Shown: positions 13,085 through 26,365 of the stretch, one piece after another
Position numbering within the stretch: the first letter of the stretch is position 1
Layout: every line of letters begins with the position of its first letter
Source: Octopus sinensis
Lineage: Eukaryota
DNA length: 64,000 nt
Assembly (NCBI RefSeq): GCF_006345805.1
Contig: NC_043003.1
Location: 30,070,001-30,134,000 of the forward strand
Reading direction: 5' to 3'
Translations under genes and position numbers: made by a program
Notes under the pieces: generated by a model
What the model saw: the letters and a program-made list of their open reading frames with translations, nothing else
Databases searched by the model: none
What the model was told of the DNA's origin: nothing

Positions 13085-13470
13085 TCCTGGCTTGCCACTC
13101 CTCAGTCAAACCGATCAACACATGCCAGAATGGAAAGCAGACGTTAAACAATAATGGTGATGATGATCATATATATAATTATGATAGATTGTTACCTATT
13201 CAATATTTAGGTAAATAAACTTAGTCACCCACTCATTCTCTCTCTCTCTCTTCACTGCAGTTTGTGCCATATAAAAAGCATCCAGTACACTCTGAAGTCG
13301 TTATGTTAGGAAGGGCATCCAACCATAGAAATCATGCCAAAACAGACAGCAGAGCTTGGGTAGTCTTCTGACTTGCCTGTTCCTGTCAAACCATCATATT
13401 CTTGCCAGCATGGAAAACAGATGTTTGATGATAGTGGTAGTGGTGATGTAATGATATTGATGATGATGAT
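13085..13470 (+). mobile_element. two degenerate SINE 3' fragments with (GAT)n tails
   Basis: Similar to 23780-23975 (GTTAGGAAGGGCATCC, GCCAGCATGGAAA..GACGTTAAA). Confidence 0.6.
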
Positions 13471-15949
13471 GGATGGTTTCATACTTTATTCGAGTATACT
13501 GTCACAACATCATATTTACATCCATACTTTACACTTAGTACACTGTATGAAATTTTTACTGGCTCCTTTAATTCCCATCAAGCCTGGTAGGCTCCTTCTA
13601 TCTTGGTGGTTGTAGAATCCTGTTTTCTAAAATCTTAAGTTTTTGTTAAGTTTACTTTGAGGCCAATTGATTCTGAGTTTTGCTTCTATCTCTGGCATTC
13701 CTTCTTTAAATTTATGGCAGATTCAGCTATATGAATTAAGTTAACATATACAGTTCCTACAGAGACTATCTTAAACTTCTCTGTTTACAACCTTAAAAGA
13801 CTAAGTAAATAAGAGGTAGGGTGAGGAGTAAACCTTAGTAGACCTCTACTCACATGTTAAGTTTGTCATTGTACTCATAACTCTCATCTTGCTGACGTCA
13901 CTTCTCTATATAGGTTTCATGGTGATCACAAGCCATTCATCTACTTGTAGCAAGCATCTGCCTCAACTTGAGTTCAAACTACTTATTCTTCAATTAGAAG
14001 AAGATTTATGTAAGTGGAAACAGAATTTTTCAAATTGTGTGATGAAGTTTTAAAAAAACTTATGATGGTCAATAACTACACATCAAATTTACTGACTGAC
14101 ATCAGCAAAAATACTAACAATCTGTTGATTGAAAATCCATCAAGCTTTGATTTAGCTGAGTTTTTATATGAAGAGAGGAATGACAGATAGTCAGATGGTT
14201 TCTCAGTTACAGACAGACAAGAGAGAAACAAACTCAGTTATGTATCCCATCAGAGGTTATTGACCATTGGACAATGTAAACAACTGTAATTGCTACTCAT
14301 CTAAAAAATGGTAGGAGACACATGCATTCATATCTACATATAAATAAGCTACCCAACTAAATCCCTAACATGAGCAGAACATTGTCTTACAGAATCAGGT
14401 TACAACATAATTCACATTTGCCAATGGTGTCTGTATTTCTTTTCCTTGAACCCATCATTTCCACCTTTAACAATAAAACAATTCATGACTTAAAAATGAC
14501 AGATTACTCTTATTTTTCTTTCAATATTGTTATTGTTTACTACTCCTAGTTCCCTTAGCAAAATCCAGATTACAGAAAGTGGAACCTTGTCAAAGAACTT
14601 ATCCAGGTCATTGTATGGTAGGTACGAGGGCTTACTCCTTGCTAAGTAATTTTTCTGTTATTGTCTCATTAGGCAGAGATTTTTGGTAATACCTTTTGTA
14701 GCTGAAACCTAAACCATGTAGGTTAATTCTGTTCCAATGGATTGCATTAGCTGGGTCATCACATCATATATGTGGACACAGTTTATACAGAACTTTTTGG
14801 ATGCGTACAGTTTATACAAATTCACATGAATGGATACACACACAGGTTACTAATCTGTAAATCTTATCTGTAATATCATTCTGCTAGGGATGATGTATGT
14901 TTTGTTTAACTATGAAATAAAATCAAAGACAATCTACTATGCCCACAAAAATTTATATTTCTACTAAACTATGGAACAAAATCAATGAGGTGGCCAATAC
15001 TGTTATAAACAGCATTTAAATTATTTGCAAATTATTTCAATGTGAAATAAATACATACATACATAAATATATATGTATGTGTCAAGTGTGCGTGCATGTG
15101 TGTATGTGCAAGGTTTTTTTAAGAATTCACTGTAGGACAGCTGCTATACTTCATTCAAGGGGAGTGTATGTTCAAGTCCAGTCTTATGCCCTTTTTTGAT
15201 ATGAAAGGAAAGATGTACAATATATCAAAATTTTATTAAAGCATTATCAACATAGTCATACAATAGTAGAATTAACATCTTTAATTTCATTGCATAGTTA
15301 CACAGTTAAGATTATTTAAAGTGTTTGATTATTATTTCTTAATCATTTTAGTCATAATGGAAAGACAAAGAGAAGTGAACTAATATTTTTTAACAGAATA
15401 TTATATATAACACTTCCTAGAGTATATTTACTCAGGATGTAAAGATAAAAATAAGAAATTAGAAGAAAGATAAATTGAGATGGGTATAACAAATATAATT
15501 TTCAAAGATGATTTATACTTTTTTTAAAAATGACTTTGAAACTTTACTCTACCTCAAGAAACAAACATCACAGCAACAAATGCAGTTTCAAAAGAAATTA
15601 TACACTTCATGGGTCTCTGTAAACTTCAGTCTTTCAGTTTTCAACAAAACTGTGGGACTTCCATGGATGTTGCTAGTTTACTAAAACCTGCATGCTTATG
15701 CAGTTACTAATTGTTGATACCGCAGCCATCACTACATACTAATAAGGCCACTGATCTTTAGATCACCCCCTACCCAACCTAAACAATGAATTAGATTATC
15801 AACATATAGGGACATCATATATTGTAACCATATCTGAAGTCTGTCATTGACAATAATAAACCTTGATGAATGCCTACATATACACTATATTCTGTATCTT
15901 TCAAGTATCAAAATTTTAGTTAGTCATGGCTCTCCTCATAATTTATATC

Positions 15950-16176
15950 TTAACTCTTTTGACACCAACCTACCTGAGGCTGCCTCTGGTTCCATGATTC
16001 AAACTTTATGTTTTAAAGTGATCTAAATTAAAACTTTCCATAGAAATTCCATATTAATTTGTTTCAAACACCAGCTTAATAATGACAAAGTTATTTTACT
16101 ATTTTTTTTATTTTCAAAATCAACTGAAACAAAGACAATGTATTTCAACAGAAATATATAATAACAAAAATTTTAA
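15950..16176. mobile_element. piggyBac-like MITE remnant
   Basis: TTAA-bounded, similar to 4020-4158. Confidence 0.4.
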
Positions 16177-16834
16177 ATCACAAAAATACAACTGTCAACA
16201 GCATCAATAAACATAGTGACAAATGTCTGTGAAACCAAATTAAGTTTGATGTTAATCTAAGGTAAATTGTGAACAATTTTACACATTTATATAAAATATA
16301 ATTATATAATATTTGAACACCTCATTTGTAACTGACATTAAACCAGATACATTGACAAACAGTCAGTTCCATTATCACATCAATTTTATTTAACATTTTT
16401 CCAGGACATCCCAGAAAAAAAAAAAAATAAAATATCCAGTTTGAGAGAACCTGACACCAGAAATTTCTCAAATATGAGATTTTTCAAGTTTGAGAGACAT
16501 AAAAATAACACAATAAGGTAACATAACAAATCAATGAAATTAATTTTAATATATTGTGTGTGAATATTTTATTGAAACTTTTCTCAACCAAATAAACATT
16601 TTGGCTGGTATCTGATAAAACAGTGTTATAGAAAGTTAACAATAGTAAATATTACAACACTGAGACATACAATTTTCTTTAAAAATGTTACAAAATATTC
16701 TCAAATACTTCAAGTAATATAACATTATATAAACTTTACTTTCAGCCAATTTTCATGATGTTCCATGACATTTGATTTATGATCAGTAAAGCTACCATAC
16801 TTAATGGATATTTTGTCCTGATTTCATAAGTTTC

Positions 16835-17938
16835 TTATTTGCGTGCATGAACAGGTTTGTGACGGGTTAAACTTTGATTATCAGCATATGCCTTACCACA
16901 AATATCACAGCTGAATGGTCTTTCACCTGTGTGACCACGTACATGAAGTTTTAAATGACCTCTCTGAGAAAATGTTTTACTACAGATATGACAGTGGTAT
17001 GGATTTTCACCAGTGTGAATACGAACATGTTGAGTTAAATGACCATTCTGAGAGAATGTTTTCCCACAGATATCACAGTGGTATGGTTTCTCACCAGTAT
17101 GCATGCGTATATGTCTAGTTAATCCAGTACTCTCAGAGAATGTTTTCCCACAGACATCACAGTGGTATGGTTTCTCTCCTGTGTGAACTTGTTTGTGACG
17201 AGTCAGTTTATTATATTCCGAGAATGTTTTCTCACATATATCACAGTGGTATGGCTTCTCACCAGTGTGAGTACGTTTGTGAACAGTCATATTGCCTCTC
17301 TGAGAGAATGTTTTCCCACAGACATCACAGCTATATGGTTTTTCCCTTGTGTGAATGTATTTGTGTCTTTTCAGATAAGACCTTCGTGAAAATGTTTTAG
17401 CACAAACACCACATTGATATGGTTTCTCTCCTGTGTGGGTTCGTTTGTGAAGAGTTAATTTATCACTTTGAGAGAATCTTTTGCCACAGATATCACAATG
17501 ATATGGTTTCTCACCTGAGTGAGTATATTTGTGTGTAGTCAAATGACCTTGCTGAGAGAATGCTCTCCCACAAATATCACAGTGGTATGGTTTTTCACCC
17601 GTATGAATACGCTTATGCTTGGTCAAATTACTGCTGTCAAAGAAAGTTTTGTCACAGATTATGCATTGATAAACTTTCTTATCCTTCTGAACATTTTTAT
17701 GAAATGACAAAGAGCTAGTTTTAGCAATTGTTTTACTATAAATTTTTAAATATTTAAGCCTTGAGCTTTTATGAAGCAATTTTTGCTTAAATAAGGTATC
17801 AGATTGCGTGAACGTTTTCATATCATTGTCAAAGTAATCTGATATCTTCTCTGTATCTTCATATCTCTGATAAGATATGTCGCTAGATTCAGGCTGTGTT
17901 TGATCACAAGCCAGACTCTCGCACAATTTATTCTCCAT
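16835..17938 (-). CDS. C2H2 zinc-finger protein ZNF-3 (367 aa, 10 fingers, N-terminal leader)
   Basis: Intact ORF; N-terminal 89 aa differ from ZNF-2 at 5 positions. Confidence 0.93.
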   Translation of the reverse strand: MENKLCESLACDQTQPESSDISYQRYEDTEKISDYFDNDMKTFTQSDTLFKQKLLHKSSRLKYLKIYSKTIAKTSSLSFHKNVQKDKKVYQCIICDKTFFDSSNLTKHKRIHTGEKPYHCDICGRAFSQQGHLTTHKYTHSGEKPYHCDICGKRFSQSDKLTLHKRTHTGEKPYQCGVCAKTFSRRSYLKRHKYIHTREKPYSCDVCGKTFSQRGNMTVHKRTHTGEKPYHCDICEKTFSEYNKLTRHKQVHTGEKPYHCDVCGKTFSESTGLTRHIRMHTGEKPYHCDICGKTFSQNGHLTQHVRIHTGENPYHCHICSKTFSQRGHLKLHVRGHTGERPFSCDICGKAYADNQSLTRHKPVHARK

Positions 17939-18349
17939 AATTACTATACAAATATTCTGTAATTGTCAAATACCTCCATGGAGAATACTAAAGTGCTTGA
18001 ATACACTTAATAAATATTGAAGTTGCAATGTATTTTCTTTTCTAAAAAGTGATATCTTATAAAGACAGATGATGTCTCAATCATACAGAAACAGTTTCAT
18101 GATATTTTATTTGGACAGTTTTTTGGTTTTTTTTCCTAGAGTCTAATCTTGGAATTAAAAGGCACCAGTAAACTGATTTTAGTTCTTAAGAGACACCTAG
18201 ATAAACCAAGAGAATCGTCATTTTTTTAAAATTATTTTTTTAATTATAATTTGTTTATAAACTTCATTGCTGCTTTAGGTTACAGAGAACAGTTACTTGT
18301 ATTCTTGATAATGTCAGTCTTCTGTTTTCAAAATCTGACAAATTTCGTG

Positions 18350-18420
18350 AATTGGCAATGTTGCCACAAACCCTGAAATAAATAACATAAGGTGAAATGG
18401 ACAATGGAAAGTTGACACAA
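18350..18420 (-). promoter_or_regulatory. ZNF-3 splice acceptor (exon starts 18372)
   Basis: TTTATTTCAG|GGTTTGTGGCAACATTG, homologous to paralogues. Confidence 0.65.
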
Positions 18421-19879
18421 AGGTTATTTTGAAGGTAAATCTTGACTAGAGATACTGAAATGATATGTACAGAAGAAAGACACAATAGTATGAATATGTG
18501 TAAATGGAAGATGTGATATTTGGATGAGGACTTTGGAAAGGAGATAATAAATATGCTGGTGTAGAAAGAAGAGTAGAATGTTTTTTCATAAATGTATTTA
18601 CAAATAGATCATTTATGAACATAGATCTGCATGAAAAGTAATAATTCAGTCAGTTCTATCACATTTGATGCAAGAAACACTAAAAAAAAAAAACTATAAC
18701 TAGAAATGATTATTAAATGAGAATAAAACAATATTAATCAATGACTAATATAATTTTATTAATTATGGCATGTATAGGCAACAACTCCTGGTATATTTTG
18801 ATCTGATCATGGCCTCATTAGCGAAGCATACAGGAGTAAAAATGGAAAAATCTAAGTATATGAACAAATTTATACATTGGGTTGTATAGGAAAATAGAGA
18901 CACATCTGTTTCAGTCTTCTTTTGTAATTTACATTACCGATAAAGCCATATTAGTCTGAAAAAATATCTTAGAACAAATATCTCAGAGATATTTTTTCAG
19001 CCAAAGTGTAATTATAATATCTTAATAAGACATATATAAATTTATGTTAACAAACCAATTCTCATTACTATTGTAAATTCAGAAGATACCAACAACCAGC
19101 TGTGAAACACTGTTAATAAATAACTAAAGGAATCAAAGCAATTCATTTTCCAGGTGGGTTGATATTATTGCAGGCAATTTGAATGTCTGCATGGAATATG
19201 GTCTATTCAAAGGGTAACAATTCAATAGTAACTGTTTGGCTATATATGCAGTTGTACCTGTCATCAACTTTTGCCCTAATCTATCCAACTTACGCACAAT
19301 AGATATACACGTGTATATATATATATATATATATACACACATGCATAGAGATATACTCCAAACTATGGGTGTTTGATCTCTTTGCTTCTTATTGGCCTGT
19401 TTTAAGCCATAACCTCTAATTATCCTTTATATTCAAAAGTTAACCTTCTCAGACCAGGGCACTAGTGTTTAACTTTACCTTCCACTTGGGCTCCTGAGCA
19501 TAAAAATTAATAGTTCCATATATTGCTCAAGAATAATGATTGTAGGTAAACTAAAGGACAGAATTGGCTGCATCTTATTTCTCTGCATGTGTTGTCCATT
19601 ACCGCTTTACTGAAAATATGGCAGAAATAAAATTTAACCTATTTCTGCTATTGCAGGAATACGGCGTGACAGGGTTAAGTTTGAATGAACCACTGATCCA
19701 ACAGACGTTAGATTTGTTCAGATCGATGTAAGAAATCTCACCTGTTAACAATTTTACTTGATGATGGTGGATTATGTGTTATGTAATCTTCAATGAATGC
19801 ATTAATAAAATTCTACTGGAACAGCTGTCGTATATTTTGAATATCATTTATGTTTACTTTATATGTACGTATATATCTA

Positions 19880-20078
19880 TGTATCTGTTTTTGTCCCCAA
19901 CAACCATTGTCGGTGTGTTTACGTCCTGGTAATTAGCAGGTGGGGAAAAGATTCCGATAAAATAAATACCGGGCTTAAAAAAAGTAAAAACAAGTACAGG
20001 TGTCGATTCGTTCGACTAAAAATTCTTCCAAGCGGTTTCCTGCACGGCCGCAGTCTAATAAATGAAACAAGTAAAAGA
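19880..20078 (+). mobile_element. SINE 3' fragment
   Basis: Matches the reverse complement of 2686-2850. Confidence 0.55.
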
Positions 20079-20698
20079 ATATATTACGAAATACACATTT
20101 GAACAGAGGCTGGAGAGAAAAGGAACTACAAACACCAACAAAAAATAAATGTTTTTAATTATATTTTACTGCCATATATTAAAGTGAATTTAATAAGCAC
20201 ACTGAACAAAAAGTAAACGTATGTATTCATATTAATTGATACAGAGACATCGTCAGAAGAGAAACTACTCAGATATATAAAATATATGAACACTGAGTAC
20301 AAACTGTGATTGTAACAAAAATCAGAAGACAGAGAGAGACAAAACCAATGGAAAATATGTTACAATTAATAACAAATACTTTAATGTTACCATACTGGTA
20401 AATGACTTCTAAAAGTAAGCATCACTGATGTTTCACTTGTAAATAGAGATGACACCTGCATCACCGTGAGGTGTTTATATATTGTGGTTTGTTAAAACAA
20501 AGGATTTTGCACTAGAAATACTAAAATATCATATTCAATAATTGGCGACTAACAATACATCAACTTACTGTTTTCTTTCCAACTATATCGGTCTGTTGAT
20601 ACATTTTCAGTTACTATTTCTACCTCTGACAAAACAAACTTCACGGATAGCACAACAAACTGATATTCTTTTAAACAAAACTAAATGACATTAATTCA

Positions 20699-20718
20699 TG
20701 AGCCGTACTTTCGTAAAA
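20699..20718 (-). promoter_or_regulatory. conserved upstream motif of ZNF-3
   Basis: TTTTACGAAAGTACGGCTCA; candidate donor GTAAGT at 20568-20563. Confidence 0.6.
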
Positions 20719-23319
20719 ACGTTTTTTTTAAATTATTTTCCACAATAATAATCAGTATATTGATGCAGGAAACACTGTACATAAAATTCAATTTCTATAT
20801 AATCTAAATATAAAGACTGTTACATTTCGATCAACCATAACATTTATTTTACTAAAATTGATAAACAATATAGTCAAGGTGTACATAATAACTTAGTTAT
20901 CTTTAAAATTCTCCAGTATGAAGAAAAATCGATATCAGTTAATGACTTAAGTTATTTTCGTTTTACATGTAAGCACAGGAAACTGACGATACGAAAGAAG
21001 TTGTATAAGAAACATTTAACATTAAAAACTCTTTATATACTTATTGCCAACTTTTGGTTTTATTCTCAAGGAATTTGCTGTTGAAAATATCATTCATCTG
21101 ACCCACTGACTCGCATTCCAACCCCACATTTGATAATTGACTTCTGTCTTCAACAGTTACAAAATGTCACTATAATTTTATTGTGAATTATAAAAAATTT
21201 GCTCAAATAGTTATTCTATTTTAAGCTAGAAGTGAACTAACAGAAGCTTACACAGCACACAGGTAGTGAGACATTTTAGTGAGCAGAGGTGATGGATATA
21301 TGCTTATTAGAATAGAAGCTGGTATGCCTGCAACAGATGAACGCAATGAATTGTGCGTGTTTAAGAGTTCTCACCCTTCCCCGTTTTGAGAGTAATTTTC
21401 ATTAATGTTGATGACTTTCGTTTTCATTCGGATTTATTATTCCACATGATTAAAAATTTAGTTTTTTTACATGAAATATGGTATTTTGCACTAAAAGAAT
21501 AGTGTTAGCAAAAGTGTGTATTGGAAATGATTTCAATATTGAATTTAATTTGTAGATGAATTTTAATACGGTACCTTCCTCCTCTTCTTTTATAACACAT
21601 AAAGCAGAAAGTCCTTCCATATGCTGTTGATGTTGCCACTGAAGATTATAAGTGAAAGCAGAAAGAGAATCATGGAGGTCAACATTGTAGGCCAATCTTC
21701 TACCTTATTTCATAGGGTTTCGAGTTTAATCTCACTACATGTCATCTTGGATAAGCATCTTAACTTTGGAATGACCAAAACCTTCATCATCATAATTATC
21801 ATCGTTATAAGTTTGTTTTCCAAGCTGGCGTAGACGAGATGACTCAACAGAAATCAATGAGTCAGAGAACTGTCCTAAGCTGTAATGTCTGATTTAGTGT
21901 GGTTTCAATGGTTGTATACCCTTCCTAATGCCATCTACTTTATAGAGTGTACAGGATACTTTTTTTTATAGCACTGGCACTAATGATGTTACCAAGTAAC
22001 TCATAATACAAGACCCCTCAACTGAGCAAGGAGGGAATTAAAGGCATGATAGAGGGAAAGGAACAAATATCACGCTGCAGAGTAGAGAAATGGTTTCCCC
22101 AGCTGGGGTAGAGAGAGTGAGAGAGAGATGAGTGATATTTTGGTCAATGGATACTGCATAGAAGCTTATCAAAGGGACCATTTCAGTTCTAGAATTGTAG
22201 ACTTAATCTGTCATCTAGTTAAACATCACCATATAGATTTTGAATGCTTTTAGTGGAGAATCACTTTATAGTAAACATTCAGATCAGGTCTCTTGTCTTC
22301 AGATAACTTTCCCCTACACAAACCAGTTTTAGAGCTACTGGGAAAAATGATGGATACTGTCTCTTCACCTAAAGATTAAGTAATAAAAATGCTGTAAAGT
22401 GAGTGGCTGATTGACAGGAAATGAGATGAATCAGATGTCAACAGCTGTATCTGAATTGAAGTCTGAACAACTTGTATAAAAATATGATGCCTGATAATGA
22501 AACACAATTGTTAAATATGGAAGATTCACTGCATCTAATGTGTGATCTGTTAGAGGTGCAAATTAGTTGAGCATTAAAATTATAAACTAGACTTTTGAAA
22601 CATTAGAATGAAGTGGTTAAATGTGAGGTGATTAAATTTCACAAATCAATTGACATACAATTATAAAAAAACTAGCTTAAAAACCACTCTCCATGTGGAC
22701 TTTTAATCTAGCTCCAGCAGAGGGCCAATTGGGCTTGCAACCCAAAACTAAAGAGAGCTAAATAACATGACTATATGTCGTAGTGGTGTTTGATTAGAGA
22801 TTAAGGATGGATGAGCATTAATTCTGTAATGTAGTCATTCTATTGTTCCAGTTCCAAGTTGAATTACAGCCACTGACCAATTTGTCCCAAAGTTCTTATC
22901 TTAACATAAAATTAACGAAGTAAATGTCATTTATGAAGGTGGTGTGAATCATCCAAGCTTTACCTGCTAGAAATAGCAACCCAAATGCTTTTAAATCAGA
23001 TCCTAATATTGGGTGTTCAAGAACCAAACGAAGGGCAGATTTTCAATCCCAGGATCATCCTGATTCCAAAGAGATATAATATGTCTATGTAGAGCAAATG
23101 TAGACTGAGATACAAGGATCCCAGAGACAAAATTTTGCTTTTATTAATATAGACATAAAAGATATGTCCAACTCATGCCAACCTGGCAGAAAAGAAAATG
23201 ATACTGCTACTGCTATCTGATTATTTTTTATATATTTCTTTATATGTCAATTCTGTCTGTTTGTCTCTCTTTACCTGCCTGCCTACCTACCTACCTGTAA
23301 GGCCCAAAATATCTATACA

Positions 23320-23975
23320 GTCCAACCCATGCTAGCATGGAAAGCGGACGTTAAATGATGATGATGATATTCATATATGTATATATGCTTGCGAAGACAT
23401 GTTGGGGCAAGCGAAATCGAAGTCAAAATCGAATTGAACCATCCAGGATCCCTGGTCTGGTGGTACGTAAAAAGCACTATCCGACTCGTGGCCGATGCCA
23501 GCGCCGCCTCCACTGGCTTCCGTGCCAGTGGCACGTAAAATACACCAATCTGACCGTACGACAGGCACCCATGCCAACCCCCTTGCTTGCGAAGACATGT
23601 TGGGGCAAGCGAAATCGAAATCAAATTGAACCAGCCAGGATCCCTGGTCTGGTGGTACGTAAAAAGCACCATCCGACTCGTGGCCGATGCCAGCACCGCC
23701 TTGTCTGGCTTCCGTGCCGGTGGCACATAAAATACACCAATCCGACCGTGGCCGTTGCCAGCCTCGCCTGGCACCTGTGCAGGTGGCACGTAAAAAGCAC
23801 CCACTACACTCACGGAGTGGTTGGCGTTAGGAAGGGCATCCAGCTGTAGAAACACTGCCAGATAAGACTGGAGCCTGGTGCAGCCTTCTGGCTTCCCAGA
23901 TCCCCGGTCGAACTGTCCAACCCATGCTAGCATGGAGAACGGACGTTAAACGATGATGATGATGATGATGATGAT
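23320..23975 (+). mobile_element. SINE-like element with (GAT)n tail and an internal tandem duplication of about 199 bp
   Basis: CTTGCGAAGACATGTTGGGGCAAGCGAAATCG at 23388 and 23587; repeated GGCACGTAAAAAGCAC units; copy at 49185-49541. Confidence 0.8.
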
Positions 23976-25574
23976 ATTATATCATATATATTTGTACTTT
24001 CTTTTCCTACTGTCTCTCTTTTACCTTTCTGGCAGTTAATGATGACAATGATGCAACCGCTGTCATTTTCGAAGATAACTTCAACAACCTAATAAACTAT
24101 AAAGTACTTTCACATCAACCACAACTCACGGTCTGAACATTTCAGCATTCCTTGATGAAGCTGCAAACCTTCTCTCTTTTTGTCAGTTGTTTTACTAACC
24201 ACCTCTACATCTGAACACATGTGAATCCATTACAAATACATTTTTTTCAGACCATTTGCACAGCAAAATTATCATAAACATGGTCATTACATTTTGGACA
24301 CATCTGGCCCACCATAGTATTGTGGTTTTACATAGGTATATTGTTTTACAGTATATCCTTTGTCATTCTCTACTTAAACAGTAATTACAAATTTCTTTCT
24401 ATTGGCAAGGCACATTCCAATACACTTCATATCTACAATTTAACTTAGTTTCTTTGTATTATTTAGTGTTACCCACTTTTTCCATCACTGGTCACTCCTC
24501 AGACCTACGCATCTCTTCTCATCTTTACATTCTTACAGCTTCTACCCACCCAGACTTCATGGTCTCCTGTGTCCATCCATTTCTGTTCACCTTGTATCTT
24601 GATGGTCAACTCTAACTTCATTTTATCTCTTTCCAGCTCTACTCTGGCCACTCCCATCCTCTCTTCTATAATGTGAATAGCTGTATAACTCTTCAACATC
24701 AAGAAACCTGTTCTGTTCTGCTCCCTTCATCCTATAGCATGAAGCTGCCTCCCTCTCTACTGAAGTCCTGCCAACTCAGCCAAAGGGATGGAGGGTAACC
24801 ACACTAGTGCTAGTGCCATGAAAATAATACTAAGTACATGCTATAAGTGGTTGACATTGGGAAGGGAATTCAACTGTAGGAACCATACCAACACATATAC
24901 TGGAGCACAATGCAGTTTTTGAACCCATCAGATCCTGTCAAACTGACCAATTTATACCAGCATAGAACACAGACTTTTAATTTTGATGATGATAATAATG
25001 TTGATTATCAAAACTGTCACCTCATCTATTTAGTTATTTCACCATTGTTTAAGCTTGGCTGGTGGGGGAATTTACCTTACATAACCAGCCAACCTACTGC
25101 ACACATAAAAAAAGGTAATATATCTATACAGTTTGGTATGGACAGAAAAAAGAGGAAAGAGTTCTATGTACATTTCTTTCTTATTGGAATATTGATCAGT
25201 AACTGTGCACTCACTCTGTATTCAAACTGTTAAATATGCAAATTAGTTGAGCCAGTTTGCCTTCACCTCTAAAATAAGTTTATAAGCAGTGTGTTTGAAT
25301 TAGAGGGAGTGCTCAGTTGCTTACAAATGCAGTGTATAGATATATTGTTTGTATTCATCATAACACATAGTGATAGCTATTAAATGTTCTATTGCACATA
25401 ATAGCAAGATCTTCACTGTTTTTCTCCACTTGGTATAACCCCCCCAATTTTGCTTTCGGCGCTCTCTTCTAGCAATGATGTAAAATTTCGGCAGTGATGC
25501 CAGGAACTATTCTAAATACATTGCCCTGTATATTCTGTGCAATACCCCAAAATACATTTTATTGTTTGGTATTT

Positions 25575-25790
25575 TTTACTTGTTTCAGTCACAAGACTGA
25601 GGCTATGCTCAGACATATCCTTGAGGAATTTACTCAATTAAATCAACCACAATACATATTTTAAAGTCTCATACATATTCTATCAATCTCTTTTTGCCAA
25701 ACTGGTACATTGTGGGGACATAAACAAAACAACACAGTTTGTCAAATAGCGAGAGACAAACACTACATGCACATACCCACAACAGATTTC
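25575..25790 (-). mobile_element. degenerate SINE fragment
   Basis: Similar to 2686-2870. Confidence 0.5.
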
Positions 25791-26365
25791 AGCAGCACAA
25801 TTTCTACCAACAAAATCTACATAGAATGCATTTAGTCAACCAGTGCTTCTTAATCACATAATCAAGTTAAAAGAAAAATTTTATTTTACTTTACTTCCCA
25901 TTTTGCATTGCAAATGTGGTGAGTGTGTGTGTGCATGCATGCTTGCATTTATATGTGTGCATGTATATGTATGTGTATATATAATGATGACAAATGTCTG
26001 TGTAACCAGAGTAGATAAAGTGAATCATTTAAAAATATAACTACCATATATTTTTAATCATTAATAATCTTATAGAAAGGTTTATACATATAAATAAAGT
26101 TTTATTCTAAAACATTAATTTTCTTCGTATTTACAATAATTTTCAACCTGATAAATGATAAGTTTAAATTTACATTCAGTTCTATTACCATGTTTTAGAA
26201 TATTCTGGAAAAAAAATCTTTTAAAAAATATGCAGTTTATGTTAATGAAAATATCATTTTTGTCCATTTTCATTGTATTATCTGTATCACAAAAATTCCC
26301 TTGTGATTTCATGACATAATAATTTGTGATAAGTTTTCAAAATAATTCTATTCTTTTATTGTTTA

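Noticed and set aside
23313-23933. 164-206 aa ORFs with internal repeats; superficially CRISPR-like repeated units
   Set aside because: Lie within a dispersed SINE-like repeat; no unique spacers or cas genes; eukaryotic context
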